Source of the DNA: Gammaproteobacteria bacterium
GTDB taxonomy: Bacteria > Pseudomonadota > Gammaproteobacteria > SZUA-229
NCBI GenBank assembly: GCA_041589175.1
Contig: JBFHWF010000005.1
Coordinates: 2,555-66,554 of the forward strand
Direction of reading: 5' to 3'
DNA length: 64,000 bases
In this document: positions 10,148 through 20,936 of the stretch, one piece after another
How positions within the stretch are numbered: the first letter of the stretch is position 1
Layout: every line of letters starts with the position of its first letter
Program-made: the position numbers and the translations under genes
The notes under the pieces: generated by a model
Told to the model about the DNA's origin: nothing
The model's database searches: none
The model's input: the letters and a program-made list of their open reading frames with translations, nothing else

Positions 10148-11509
10148 TTAGTCTTTTTCGGCGGTTTGATGACGCTTAAAATAGTCATCTTTCATTTTCT
10201 TAACCAGCGCACTTAATAATACCAATGCTATCAGGTTAGGTATTGCCATCAGTATATTTGTGATATCGGCTATATTCCAGACAAGATTCAGTGGCACCAT
10301 AGCACCAACCACAATAAGCCCGGTATAAATGACGCGATAGGGCTGTACCGCTTTTTCACCAAACATGAATTTTACACTGCGATCACCGTAATATGACCAT
10401 GCGATGATCGTGGAAAACGCAAATAGCGCGAGCCCACAACCAACGATAATCCCGCCAGCCTCTCCAATCGAATGACTGAAGGCGTATGCTGTTAGTGACG
10501 CCCCTTTTACATCTTCTGGTGAGCTTATATGAGACTCGGTTACTATAATCGCAAGCCCCGTTAGCGTACAGATAATCAGTGTATCGACGAAAGGCTCCAT
10601 CATCGCGACCAGACCTTCTCGTACAGGCTCTTTCGTACTTGCCGCGGCATGCGCCATCGGCGACGACCCCAATCCGGCCTCATTACTGAACAGCCCTCGC
10701 GCCACACCCCAGCGTATGGCCTCACCCACTGCAGCACCACCTACCGCCCATGGGTTTAAGGCATGATTAATAATCGTAGAAAATGCCGCTGGAATCTTCT
10801 CATATTCATTCAACAGTACGGCCAGAGCAATCACGATATAAGTAATTGCCATAAACGGGACTATCGTACTAGCAACTTTCGCAATACGTTTTACCCCGCC
10901 GAGTATTACCATACCCACCAGTAATGCCATGGTAATACCCACCAGCCAGCTATAGTCCCTCACCTCTGGTGCAATATAGGCTAAGCCATCAACCACAGAA
11001 TTAACCTGAACAAGATTACCGATACCGAACGAAGCAATAGCGGCAAACAGGGCGAACAGGATTGCCATTCGTTTCATTTTGAGCCCATGCAATAATGTAT
11101 ACATAGGCCCACCAGAAACGCCGTTTTCATCAATTTCCCTGAATTGTAGCGCGAGGGTACTCTCCGTGAACTTTGTTGCCATACCGAGAAAAGCGGTTAT
11201 CCACATCCAGAACAGAGCACCTGGCCCACCTAATGAGATAGCAGTAGCAACACCGGCGATATTACCTGTACCCACTGTGGCAGATAGCGCGGTCGACAAT
11301 GCCTGAAAGTGATTAACATCTCCAGGATCATCCTTACAGCTGTATTTGCCACTTACTATATGTAAGGAGTGACGAAAGCCTCTAATCTGTATAACGCCTA
11401 ACCTGATAGTCAGATACAGTCCTACCCCTAGTAGTACCGCCAGTGTTATCCAGCTACCCCATAAAAGGCTCGCAAGTTGACCCGTGAAATTCGTGATGGT
11501 TTCGAGCAT
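10148..11509 (-). CDS. alanine/glycine:cation symporter (AGCS family)
   Basis: 453 aa, polytopic, with ...FQALSTALSATVGTGNIAGVATAI... and ...GLFSNEAGLGSSPMAHAA... signatures. Confidence 0.88.
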   Translation of the reverse strand: MLETITNFTGQLASLLWGSWITLAVLLGVGLYLTIRLGVIQIRGFRHSLHIVSGKYSCKDDPGDVNHFQALSTALSATVGTGNIAGVATAISLGGPGALFWMWITAFLGMATKFTESTLALQFREIDENGVSGGPMYTLLHGLKMKRMAILFALFAAIASFGIGNLVQVNSVVDGLAYIAPEVRDYSWLVGITMALLVGMVILGGVKRIAKVASTIVPFMAITYIVIALAVLLNEYEKIPAAFSTIINHALNPWAVGGAAVGEAIRWGVARGLFSNEAGLGSSPMAHAAASTKEPVREGLVAMMEPFVDTLIICTLTGLAIIVTESHISSPEDVKGASLTAYAFSHSIGEAGGIIVGCGLALFAFSTIIAWSYYGDRSVKFMFGEKAVQPYRVIYTGLIVVGAMVPLNLVWNIADITNILMAIPNLIALVLLSALVKKMKDDYFKRHQTAEKD

Positions 11510-11601
11510 TATTCACCTCATGTCCAATTCACTTCACAATAAACCGAATCGAGGTAAAATACAAAGGTCTACATTTACAACGCAAGATGAGCCTTTAACC
11601 T

Positions 11602-12129
11602 GTGAAAAAATTCGAACATATTTTTGAAAGCATGCTGTGGCAAAGTCGATATATCGTCATCGCCGCCGTTATTATTAGCCTGGTCTCGAGTCTGGCGATG
11701 TTTTTCATGGCCACTGTTGATGCTGTTTACATGATAGGCCACCTCGTCGAGTACCCTTCTCTCGTTGGTGAAGATCGCTTTCTACTGAGAAGCGAAACTA
11801 TCACTCACGTTGTAGAACTTATTGACGGTTATTTACTTGCAACTGTTTTACTTATCTTCGCACTCGGTTTATACGAGTTATTTATTAGTAAAATCGATAT
11901 GGCAGAGGACGCAGAAAACGCCTCACAGGTCCTTGTCATATCCAGCCTGGATGATTTAAAAGCGCGCCTCGCGAAAGTTATTCTGATGATTCTAATCGTC
12001 AAGTTTTTTGAGTTTGCCTTGCAGATGAGCTTCAACACACCTATGGATCTACTCGCCTTCGCAGGTGGTATCGCATTGATAGGCCTGTCCCTGTATCTTT
12101 CACATGCAAATGAACCTCACAACAAATAG
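11602..12129 (+). CDS. YqhA (UPF0114) family membrane protein
   Basis: 175 aa with a GTG start, N-terminus MKKFEHIFESMLWQSRYIVIAAV and 3-4 TM helices, resembling E. coli YqhA. Confidence 0.7.
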   Translation: MKKFEHIFESMLWQSRYIVIAAVIISLVSSLAMFFMATVDAVYMIGHLVEYPSLVGEDRFLLRSETITHVVELIDGYLLATVLLIFALGLYELFISKIDMAEDAENASQVLVISSLDDLKARLAKVILMILIVKFFEFALQMSFNTPMDLLAFAGGIALIGLSLYLSHANEPHNK

Positions 12130-12133
12130 CGAG

Positions 12134-14290
12134 TTATATCAGCCACTTTCTTATAACATTATCAAGCTCTTCAATCTCGAAGGGCTTGCTCATAAAATCA
12201 TCCATACCAGCTTCGCGACACCTTTGCCTGTCATTAAGACTTGCGTTTGCTGTCACCGCTACGATAGCCGTATCACCATTTTTACTTGCCTGTTTTATTA
12301 ATCGTGTGGCCTCTATTCCATCCATTTCAGGCATATTAAGATCCATCAAAATAAGATCATAATTATTTGATTTCGCTTTTTTAACTGCTATCACGCCATT
12401 ATCTGCAACATCCACACTTAAGCCAGATTGTTCAAGCATCGATTTTGCAACCAGCTGATTTACCATATTATCTTCAACGAGGAGTATCGACATGCCTTTC
12501 AGATCGGGCACACAAGCTTCCGGCTGAGACTCTTCGATAGTCTTTTTATCCAGGTCATCAACTCGCTTTAGCTTCAATTCAAAACTGAATTCCGAGCCCA
12601 CGCCTTCTTTACTCTTCAGGGAAATAGCGCCTCCCATTAAGCTCACTAACTTACTCGATATGGCCAGACCAAGTCCCGTGCCGCCATATTTTCGTGTTGT
12701 CGTACTATCTGCCTGTGTAAATGATTCAAACAATCTTTTTTGCGCCTCTTCTGAAATACCTATACCCGTGTCTTTTACAGTAAATCGTACACAATCTTCT
12801 TTATTATCAGGTATTACAGTGACCCGTAATTCTACCGTGCCATGATGCGTGAATTTATTCGCATTGCTAATCAGGTTCACCAGAACCTGTCTTAATCGCG
12901 TAACATCCCCCAATAAACGATTTGCGCCATCATTTATAGTCACAATAAAACTGTTGCCACTTTCATCAAAGTGTAGCTGCATTAACTCTCTAACTTTATT
13001 AATTAATTCCGACAGCACAAACTCATGACTTTCAATTTCCAGTTTTCCAGCTTCAATTTTTGAATAATCAAGAATGTCATTTATAATTGAAAGAAGCATT
13101 TTTCCAGACTGATTAATAACTTCAACATGCTTTTTCTGCGTCTCATCGAGTTCAGTTTTTTTCAGCAGCTGAGCCATACCGATCACCCCATTCATCGGCG
13201 TTCGAATCTCATGACTCATAGTTGCAAGAAAGTCACTTTTCGCCTGTGATGCCGCTTCCGCTCTTTTCTGCGCTTCTACTAGCGCCTGTTCGGCTCGCTT
13301 GCGTCCAGTAATACTTGATCCTGCACCACGAAACCCTGAAAACCTGCCTGCCTCATCATACATCGGAACGCCGTTTATCTTCTCCCAGCTCTCTAATATT
13401 TCCTCAGAACCGACTTTAAACTCCACGGAAAAGCTTTTTTTAATCTCGAGTGAGTCTTCTAATATTTTTCTAATTCGCTCTACTTCTGACTTATCTACCT
13501 GATCCAGAATTGATTTACCAATCATTGCTTCTGGACCATATCCTCTGGCCTCCATGACCTTTTCACTCACAAATGTATATCTATATAGCGCATCTGTTTC
13601 CCAGATATATTCTCCTGCAGCCTCGCTTACGTCCCTGAAACGCTGCTCATTTTTTTTAATTTCCAGTGACTGATGCTCACTAAACAATCTTAGATAAATG
13701 TTCTGCAATGTATTTTCATACATTCGCTTGCCTGATGACAGTAGAAGCAACATGAAAGCAACACTAAGGAATGCCATTGAGTGGTAATCTTTTCCAAGAT
13801 ATACAAAACATGCCGCATACACACTCAGAACAGGCAGTATAAATATTACCAGGGCTTTTAGCTGTGCCGTTAAACTGGATACTGCACCCGCACACACACC
13901 CGCAACTGCCAGGCTTATCACCAGCCTTTCGATTGTGTTTATATCGGACACAATAAATACACTACATAATGACCAGCTTATTACTGACGCGACAAGTCCT
14001 ACATAAAATATTTTCTGCAGCTGCTCTACATTTTTATTATCTTTTTGTTTCTTACTGTAAAGCGATATTGTGCCCAGTCGCACAACTGAAACTATCGTTA
14101 TCAAGGCCAACCAGACCGTAAGATATAGATGGTTCACACTACCCCAGATCGAATATACGACAATCAATGCCACAGCAATTGAACCAGCCATCGAAAATTT
14201 TAGCGCCATATATAACTGATATACCTGCTCAGCACGTATATCATCCATATATTCAAGATACTTATCTTCAGCAATATCTGTTTTTTTCAT
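12134..14290 (-). CDS. hybrid sensor histidine kinase/response regulator (multi-TM N-domain, PAS, HisKA, HATPase, REC)
   Basis: H-box [20 protein letters not shown] boxes (NLISNANKFT, DTGIGI, GGTGLGL) and a REC domain with ...DLILMDLNMPEMDG. The ATG at 14290 is preferred over the TTG at 14320. Confidence 0.88.
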   Translation of the reverse strand: MKKTDIAEDKYLEYMDDIRAEQVYQLYMALKFSMAGSIAVALIVVYSIWGSVNHLYLTVWLALITIVSVVRLGTISLYSKKQKDNKNVEQLQKIFYVGLVASVISWSLCSVFIVSDINTIERLVISLAVAGVCAGAVSSLTAQLKALVIFILPVLSVYAACFVYLGKDYHSMAFLSVAFMLLLLSSGKRMYENTLQNIYLRLFSEHQSLEIKKNEQRFRDVSEAAGEYIWETDALYRYTFVSEKVMEARGYGPEAMIGKSILDQVDKSEVERIRKILEDSLEIKKSFSVEFKVGSEEILESWEKINGVPMYDEAGRFSGFRGAGSSITGRKRAEQALVEAQKRAEAASQAKSDFLATMSHEIRTPMNGVIGMAQLLKKTELDETQKKHVEVINQSGKMLLSIINDILDYSKIEAGKLEIESHEFVLSELINKVRELMQLHFDESGNSFIVTINDGANRLLGDVTRLRQVLVNLISNANKFTHHGTVELRVTVIPDNKEDCVRFTVKDTGIGISEEAQKRLFESFTQADSTTTRKYGGTGLGLAISSKLVSLMGGAISLKSKEGVGSEFSFELKLKRVDDLDKKTIEESQPEACVPDLKGMSILLVEDNMVNQLVAKSMLEQSGLSVDVADNGVIAVKKAKSNNYDLILMDLNMPEMDGIEATRLIKQASKNGDTAIVAVTANASLNDRQRCREAGMDDFMSKPFEIEELDNVIRKWLI

Positions 14291-14356
14291 TACAGCAATT
14301 TTTTTATTAATGTTGTACAAGTTTAGAGCAGATTAAAATACAAATCCGTCAGGCAC

Positions 14357-14382
14357 AAAAAAAGGGGAGCAAATGCCCCCCC
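14357..14382 (-). terminator. intrinsic terminator of the tkt-fba operon
   Basis: On the minus strand, GGGGGGC-ATTT-GCTCCCC followed by T7. It lies 28 nt after the fba stop. Confidence 0.75.
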
Positions 14383-14409
14383 TTCTTTTATACAAGCTGA
14401 TCGCTAAGA

Positions 14410-15447
14410 TTACTTGTAGAAATCAACCATTTTCTCCAGAGAAACTGGCTTGATCTTATCTGCCTGACCCGCACAGCCAAATGCTTCGTAGCGTGCCTTA
14501 CAGATATCCTTCATTGCCTTTGTAGATTCCTTCAGGAACTTACGCGGGTCAAAGTTAGATGGGTTATCTGCCAGGAACTTGCGGATCGAACCAGTCGATG
14601 CCATACGCAGGTCCGTATCGATGTTAACTTTGCGAACACCAGACTTGATACCTTCAACGATTTCTTCAACTGGTACACCGTAAGTCTGACCCATGTCACC
14701 ACCGTAGTTGTTGATGATTTCCAACCAGTCCTGAGGCACTGAAGAAGAGCCGTGCATAACCAGGTGAGTGTCAGGAATCTTGGCGTGGATTTCCTTGATG
14801 CGGTCGATACGCAGAATTTCACCAGTAGGTTCTTTTGTGAACTTGTAAGCACCGTGTGAAGTACCGATCGCGATCGCCAGCGCATCAACACCTGTCTGCT
14901 TTACGAAGTCAGCTGCTTCATCAACGCTTGTCAGCAGCTGATCCATGTCTAGCTTGCCTTCCGCGCCGTGACCATCTTCTTCACCCATTTCACCGGTTTC
15001 CAGTGAACCCAGACAACCCAGCTCACCCTCAACAGATACACCGCCCGCGTGAGCCATTTCAACAACCTGCTTGGTAACAGCAACGTTGTACTCGTATGAA
15101 GATGGCGTCTTCATGTCTGCCATCAGTGAGCCGTCCATCATTACAGATGAGAAACCAGACTGGATAGAGCGCAGACATACTGCAGGCTCAGAACCGTGAT
15201 CCTGGTGCATAACAACTGGAATATGTGGATACATTTCAATTGCAGCAGAAATCAGGTGACGCAGGAATGGTTCACCTGCGTAAGAGCGTGCACCTGCAGA
15301 ACCCTGCATGATAACGGGGCTGTTAGCTTCATCAGCAGCCTGCATGATGGCATGCACCTGCTCCATGTTGTTAACGTTGAACGCTGGCATGCCGTAGCCG
15401 TTTTCAGCAGCATGGTCCAGTAACTGGCGTAGTGATACTAATGCCAT
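14410..15447 (-). CDS. fba: class II fructose-bisphosphate aldolase (CbbA/Pseudomonas-type)
   Basis: 345 aa containing [27 protein letters not shown]...PVVMHQDHG...LVMHGSS. Confidence 0.95.
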   Translation of the reverse strand: MALVSLRQLLDHAAENGYGMPAFNVNNMEQVHAIMQAADEANSPVIMQGSAGARSYAGEPFLRHLISAAIEMYPHIPVVMHQDHGSEPAVCLRSIQSGFSSVMMDGSLMADMKTPSSYEYNVAVTKQVVEMAHAGGVSVEGELGCLGSLETGEMGEEDGHGAEGKLDMDQLLTSVDEAADFVKQTGVDALAIAIGTSHGAYKFTKEPTGEILRIDRIKEIHAKIPDTHLVMHGSSSVPQDWLEIINNYGGDMGQTYGVPVEEIVEGIKSGVRKVNIDTDLRMASTGSIRKFLADNPSNFDPRKFLKESTKAMKDICKARYEAFGCAGQADKIKPVSLEKMVDFYK

Positions 15448-15511
15448 AGTATTTACTCCTTAAACAAGGTTGTTAAAGTGGCTATAACGGCCACGTCATT
15501 TCTAAAAAATC

Positions 15512-16957
15512 CTAAGAATTTGCTTCTTGTATACTACCGATGGTAACGATCTTCATGTTATTGGTACCGCCACCTTCGTCACCCAGGGAGTCGCCCCGCG
15601 TGATAATAATCCTGTTTCCATCATCGAGGATGCCCTTGTCCTTCAGCAGGCCAGCAACCGTCGAACTGACATTGTAATCTCCTACCTGACTAAAATCGAT
15701 ACTGGTCGGATAAACGCCACGGTAAAGTGTTAATTTTCGTCGAGTCTGCTGATGCGGTGTCATTGCATATATCGGTATACCCGAGCTAATGCGTGACATC
15801 CAGAGTACTGTAGAACCCGATTCCGTTAGCGCAGCAATACCATCAACCTCAAGATGATTAGCGGTATACATCGTTGCCATAGCAATCGCTTCATCAACCC
15901 GGCCAAAGGTCAGCTCCATACGGTGATCCGACTTTAACGCACGCGGGTGGCGCTCGGCTGATGTACAGATACGACTCATCGCCTTTACTGTTTCGATAGG
16001 GAATTTACCCGCAGCTGTCTCACCAGAGAGCATAACTGCATCAGTGCCATCGTGTACCGCATTCGCTACGTCAAACACTTCGGCGCGAGTTGGAATCGAG
16101 TTATCGATCATCGACTCCATCATCTGTGTTGCCGTAATCACTACGCGATTCATACTACGCGCCTTTGATATCAGGTCTTTCTGTACCGCTGGTAGCTCAG
16201 CATCCCCAATTTCAACACCCAGATCGCCACGCGCAACCATAATAGCATCGGATGCTTCTATGATTTCATCAATAACATCAAGGGCTTCTGCTCGCTCGAT
16301 TTTCGAGACAATAGCACCATGACCACCAGCATCTCTCAACAGTTTACGAGCCTGAACGATGTCGTCTGCAGTTTTAGGGAATGATATCGCAACATAATCA
16401 GCTTCTAGAGCTGCGGCTGATTTGATATCTTCCTTATCCTTATCAGTAAGCGCAGGCGCAGAAAGCCCTCCGCCCAGCAGATTAATACCCTTCTTGTCAG
16501 ACAGATAACCACTATGCACAACTCGGCAGTGTATTTTCATTCCATCGACATGATCGACATCCAGTAACATACGACCGTCATCGAGTAGCAGGCGATTTCC
16601 TGGCTTAACATCCTTCGGCAGAGTTTTATACGTAATGCCTACAGCATTCACGTTGCCAGCGGTTGGATCCATATCTGCATCAAGGCAGAACATATCGCCT
16701 TCTTTAAGAAATACCTTGCCATCCACAAAACGCTCTGTACGGATTTTTGGGCCCTGCATATCTGCAAGCACACCTACTACACGCCCACACTTTTCTGCTG
16801 CCGCTCGTACCATTTCGACACGCTTTGCCTGCTCTTCATGTGTGCCATGTGAATAATTCAAACGCACGACATCAACACCAGCTCGCACCAGCTCTTCGAT
16901 AACCCTGGGCTTATCAGTCGATGGCCCTAATGTTGCTACTATTTTCGTTCTACGCAA
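15512..16957 (-). CDS. pyk: pyruvate kinase
   Basis: ...RRTKIVATLGPS...NYSHG...MVARGDLGVEI... I prefer the TTG at 16957, which has GAGGAG 9 nt upstream. The ORF-track start at 16990 is also a TTG. Confidence 0.93.
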   Translation of the reverse strand: MRRTKIVATLGPSTDKPRVIEELVRAGVDVVRLNYSHGTHEEQAKRVEMVRAAAEKCGRVVGVLADMQGPKIRTERFVDGKVFLKEGDMFCLDADMDPTAGNVNAVGITYKTLPKDVKPGNRLLLDDGRMLLDVDHVDGMKIHCRVVHSGYLSDKKGINLLGGGLSAPALTDKDKEDIKSAAALEADYVAISFPKTADDIVQARKLLRDAGGHGAIVSKIERAEALDVIDEIIEASDAIMVARGDLGVEIGDAELPAVQKDLISKARSMNRVVITATQMMESMIDNSIPTRAEVFDVANAVHDGTDAVMLSGETAAGKFPIETVKAMSRICTSAERHPRALKSDHRMELTFGRVDEAIAMATMYTANHLEVDGIAALTESGSTVLWMSRISSGIPIYAMTPHQQTRRKLTLYRGVYPTSIDFSQVGDYNVSSTVAGLLKDKGILDDGNRIIITRGDSLGDEGGGTNNMKIVTIGSIQEANS

Positions 16958-17061
16958 GGGTAGAAGCTCCTCTATATTTTTACCGCTCAATTCTTACTTC
17001 TTCAAAACTACTTTAATACAACTGGACACCCCCTGGTGCCCGACGGAGCTATTCAAAATCT

Positions 17062-17095
17062 TCAGGTCAGTGCTTCATCGAAGCAGCTGACCTGA
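17062..17095 (-). other. intercistronic hairpin between pgk and pyk
   Basis: TCAGGTCAG-TGCTTC-atc-GAAGCA-g-CTGACCTGA, 15 bp of stem. On the minus strand only a weak ATTTT tract follows. Confidence 0.5.
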
Positions 17096-17152
17096 CTTTG
17101 ACGCAAACCGCATGCAGACCAAACGAGGCATCACCTCGTTTTGTGTCAGTAA

Positions 17153-18337
17153 TTATGCGTCTTTTGCTCGTGCCTCAAGCATTGCCACAGCTGGCAGTTC
17201 TTTACCTTCCAGGAATTCCAGGAACGCACCACCACCTGTTGAAATGTATGAGACCTTGTCAGAAATATTGTACTTATCAACAGCTGCCAGTGTGTCACCA
17301 CCGCCTGCAATAGAAAATGCTGGAGAATCAGCAATCGCCATTGAGATCGCTTTTGTACCTTCGCCAAACTGATCGAATTCAAACACGCCGACAGGACCGT
17401 TCCAGACAATAGTACCGGCTTTCTTCAGTACTTCAGCAAGCACCGCTGCCGAGTCAGGGCCGATATCAAAGATCATGTCATCATCTGCGCATTCTTCAAC
17501 TTTCTTAAGCGTTGCTTCTGCAGTTTCAGCAAATTCTTTAGCACATACGATATCCGTTGGAACAGGAATATCACCACCACGAGCCTTTGCATCTTCTGTC
17601 AGCTTCTTCGCTGTATCAATCAGGTCTTCTTCGTAAAGTGACTTACCAACATTATGACCCGCAGCTGCAATAAATGTATTCGCGATACCACCGCCTACAA
17701 TCAGCTGATCGACTACTTTCGATAGCGACTCAAGAACCGTCAACTTGGTTGATACTTTAGAACCACCAACAATCGCAACCATTGGGCGAGCCGGGTTATC
17801 CAGTGCCTTACCTAGCGCATCCAGCTCCGCTGCCAGCAGCGGGCCTGCACATGCAACGGGAGCAAACTGACCCGCGCCATGAGTGGAGGCCTGTGCACGG
17901 TGAGCTGTTCCAAATGCATCCATTACATACACATCACACAGAGCTGCGTACTGTTTGGAAAGTGCTTCGTCGTTCTTCTTTTCACCAACATTGAAGCGAC
18001 AGTTTTCAAGTACAACAACTTCACCATCTGCAAGTTCAGGTGCCTTATCAAGATAGTCTTTTACCAGCTTAACTTCTTTTCCAAGCGCATCCGTCAGGTA
18101 GTTAACAACTGGCAGCAGTGAAAACTCATCTGCAGGTTCGCCTTCAGTAGGACGCCCCAGGTGAGACATCAGCATAACTTTAGCACCTGCTTCGATGCAG
18201 TGCTTAATCGTTGGCATAGATGCTTCAATACGCTTTGCACTTGTTACCTTGCCATCTTTAACTGGTACGTTCAGGTCCTGACGAATCAGAACACGCTTAC
18301 CCGCAAGATCAAGATCAGTCATTTTAATTACTGACAT
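17153..18337 (-). CDS. pgk: phosphoglycerate kinase
   Basis: 394 aa containing ...[12 protein letters not shown]...MSHLGRP...VGGGIANTF...[10 protein letters not shown]; RBS AGGAG. Confidence 0.96.
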   Translation of the reverse strand: MSVIKMTDLDLAGKRVLIRQDLNVPVKDGKVTSAKRIEASMPTIKHCIEAGAKVMLMSHLGRPTEGEPADEFSLLPVVNYLTDALGKEVKLVKDYLDKAPELADGEVVVLENCRFNVGEKKNDEALSKQYAALCDVYVMDAFGTAHRAQASTHGAGQFAPVACAGPLLAAELDALGKALDNPARPMVAIVGGSKVSTKLTVLESLSKVVDQLIVGGGIANTFIAAAGHNVGKSLYEEDLIDTAKKLTEDAKARGGDIPVPTDIVCAKEFAETAEATLKKVEECADDDMIFDIGPDSAAVLAEVLKKAGTIVWNGPVGVFEFDQFGEGTKAISMAIADSPAFSIAGGGDTLAAVDKYNISDKVSYISTGGGAFLEFLEGKELPAVAMLEARAKDA

Positions 18338-18371
18338 GAAAACTCTCCTAAAAAATAAATAAATTACTCAA

Positions 18372-18409
18372 AAGTTGTTTGCTAAATATTCACTTAGCAA
18401 ACAACTTTA
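18372..18409 (-). other. perfect 15-bp intercistronic hairpin between gap and pgk
   Basis: AAAGTTGTTTGCTAA - 8-nt loop - TTAGCAAACAACTTT. On the minus strand it is followed by a T-rich stretch and then the pgk RBS. Confidence 0.55.
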
Positions 18410-18435
18410 AAAACCTTATCGATGTGGCAGTCTCT

Positions 18436-19440
18436 CTATGACGCACTCATCATTGCAATTGTGGTATCAATCATGCGGTTTGAAAAACCCCATTCATTGT
18501 CATACCAGGCACAAACCTTAACCAGATTGCCTCCAATGACGCGTGTTAATGTTGCATCAAAATTTGAGGTCGTACTGGTGTGATTAAAGTCGACCGAAAC
18601 CAGCGGACCATTGCTGTAACCCAGCACCTTGCCGTCAGCCGCCTCCTTCATAATCGCGTTGATTTCTTCAACCGTTGTGTCACGACTTGCACTAAAGGTC
18701 AAATCCACTAGCGACACATTTATTGTCGGCACACGCACAGCAAACCCATCCAGCTTGCCATTCAACTCTGGCAACACCAGGCCGACTGCAGCAGCCGCAC
18801 CGGTTTTCGTCGGTATCATTGAACTGGTTGCAGATCGAGCGCGACGCAGATCACTGTGATACACATCCGTTAACACCTGATCATTGGTATATGAATGAAT
18901 GGTTGTCATCAGACCATTCTCAATACCTATTTTTTCATTGATCGGCTTGACCAGTGGCGCAAGACAATTTGTTGTGCATGATGCATTCGAAACAACCGTA
19001 TCATCGGGCTTCAGTACATCATGGTTCACACCGTACACTATCGTTGCATCTACACCATGACCACCGGGCGCAGATATAAGCACTTTACTTGCACCAGCCT
19101 GCACATGTAGAGACGCTTTATCCTTACTGGCAAAAAACCCCGTACACTCATGCACAATATCAATACCCAACTCACCCCATGGCAGATTTGCAGGGTCTTT
19201 CTCAGCAAGCACACGAATTTTGTCACCGTTGACGACCATATAATCGCCATCAACTGTAACCTCACCAGGGAAACGGCCATGCGCCGTGTCATACTGGGTT
19301 AAATGCGCATTGGTAAACGCATCGCCAAGGTCATTGATCGCAACAACCTGCACCTCATCCGTACGCCCAGACTCATAAATTGCACGCAATATGTTACGGC
19401 CGATTCGACCATAGCCATTTATTGCAATTTTGATTGCCAT
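18436..19440 (-). CDS. gap: glyceraldehyde-3-phosphate dehydrogenase, GapB/CbbG/Epd-branch paralogue
   Basis: 334 aa containing [19 protein letters not shown], ...[21 protein letters not shown]..., [15 protein letters not shown] and [12 protein letters not shown]. It occupies the position next to pgk, as epd does in E. coli. Confidence 0.9.
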   Translation of the reverse strand: MAIKIAINGYGRIGRNILRAIYESGRTDEVQVVAINDLGDAFTNAHLTQYDTAHGRFPGEVTVDGDYMVVNGDKIRVLAEKDPANLPWGELGIDIVHECTGFFASKDKASLHVQAGASKVLISAPGGHGVDATIVYGVNHDVLKPDDTVVSNASCTTNCLAPLVKPINEKIGIENGLMTTIHSYTNDQVLTDVYHSDLRRARSATSSMIPTKTGAAAAVGLVLPELNGKLDGFAVRVPTINVSLVDLTFSASRDTTVEEINAIMKEAADGKVLGYSNGPLVSVDFNHTSTTSNFDATLTRVIGGNLVKVCAWYDNEWGFSNRMIDTTIAMMSAS

Positions 19441-19630
19441 ATCAAACCCTTCGACTCATAACACTGACATGTCACAAGCCTGATATCTGTTTTACTCAAC
19501 CCGCTTAAACGGGGAGTCATTTAAAGCCTACTGGTAAAATTACTCAACCACTCGAGCAACTTTACAAACAGGTTTTAAGCTTTAAAGGGCGAGCCATCAA
19601 ACCACAATGACTCACCCTCTAAATTCCTTT

Positions 19631-19660
19631 TTGCCACCATCGTAGAAAACTACGATGATG

Positions 19661-19664
<4 letters not shown>
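19631..19664. repeat. hairpin TTGCCAcCATCGTAG-AAAA-CTACGATGaTGGCAA
   Basis: An inverted repeat of 14 pairs plus one mismatch, seen directly. It abuts the compound inverted repeat at 19661. Confidence 0.6.
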
Positions 19665-20789
<1,125 letters not shown>

Positions 20790-20835
20790 TTATCCTCGGT
20801 TATATTTTCAAAAATTAAACTTACTTTAATCCGTC

Positions 20836-20920
20836 GCTCCCGAATGCCTCTGTCGGGAGCCTAGTGACTTTTTACTTTCAGCCCAAAGACACTGGATCCC
20901 CGACAGAAGCATTCGGGGAT
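20836..20920. repeat. inverted pair of REP-like hairpins between tkt and gapA
   Basis: GCTCCCGA-ATGCCTCTG-TCGGGAGC (20836-20860) and ATCCCCGA-CAGAAGCAT-TCGGGGAT (20896-20920). The second matches the reverse complement of the first at 20 of 25 positions. It shares the ATCCCCGACA...TCGGGGA frame with the element at 19749-19775. Confidence 0.7.
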
Positions 20921-20936
20921 GACAGCAATTCGCTAC

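Noticed and set aside
18436-19440. Possibility that the pgk-adjacent GAPDH paralogue is Epd (erythrose-4-phosphate dehydrogenase), as the synteny with E. coli epd-pgk-fbaA suggests
   Set aside because: It keeps GAPDH-like segments ([21 protein letters not shown]) where E. coli Epd has diverged, so I call it GAPDH. This needs phylogeny or enzymology and is only a provisional rejection.
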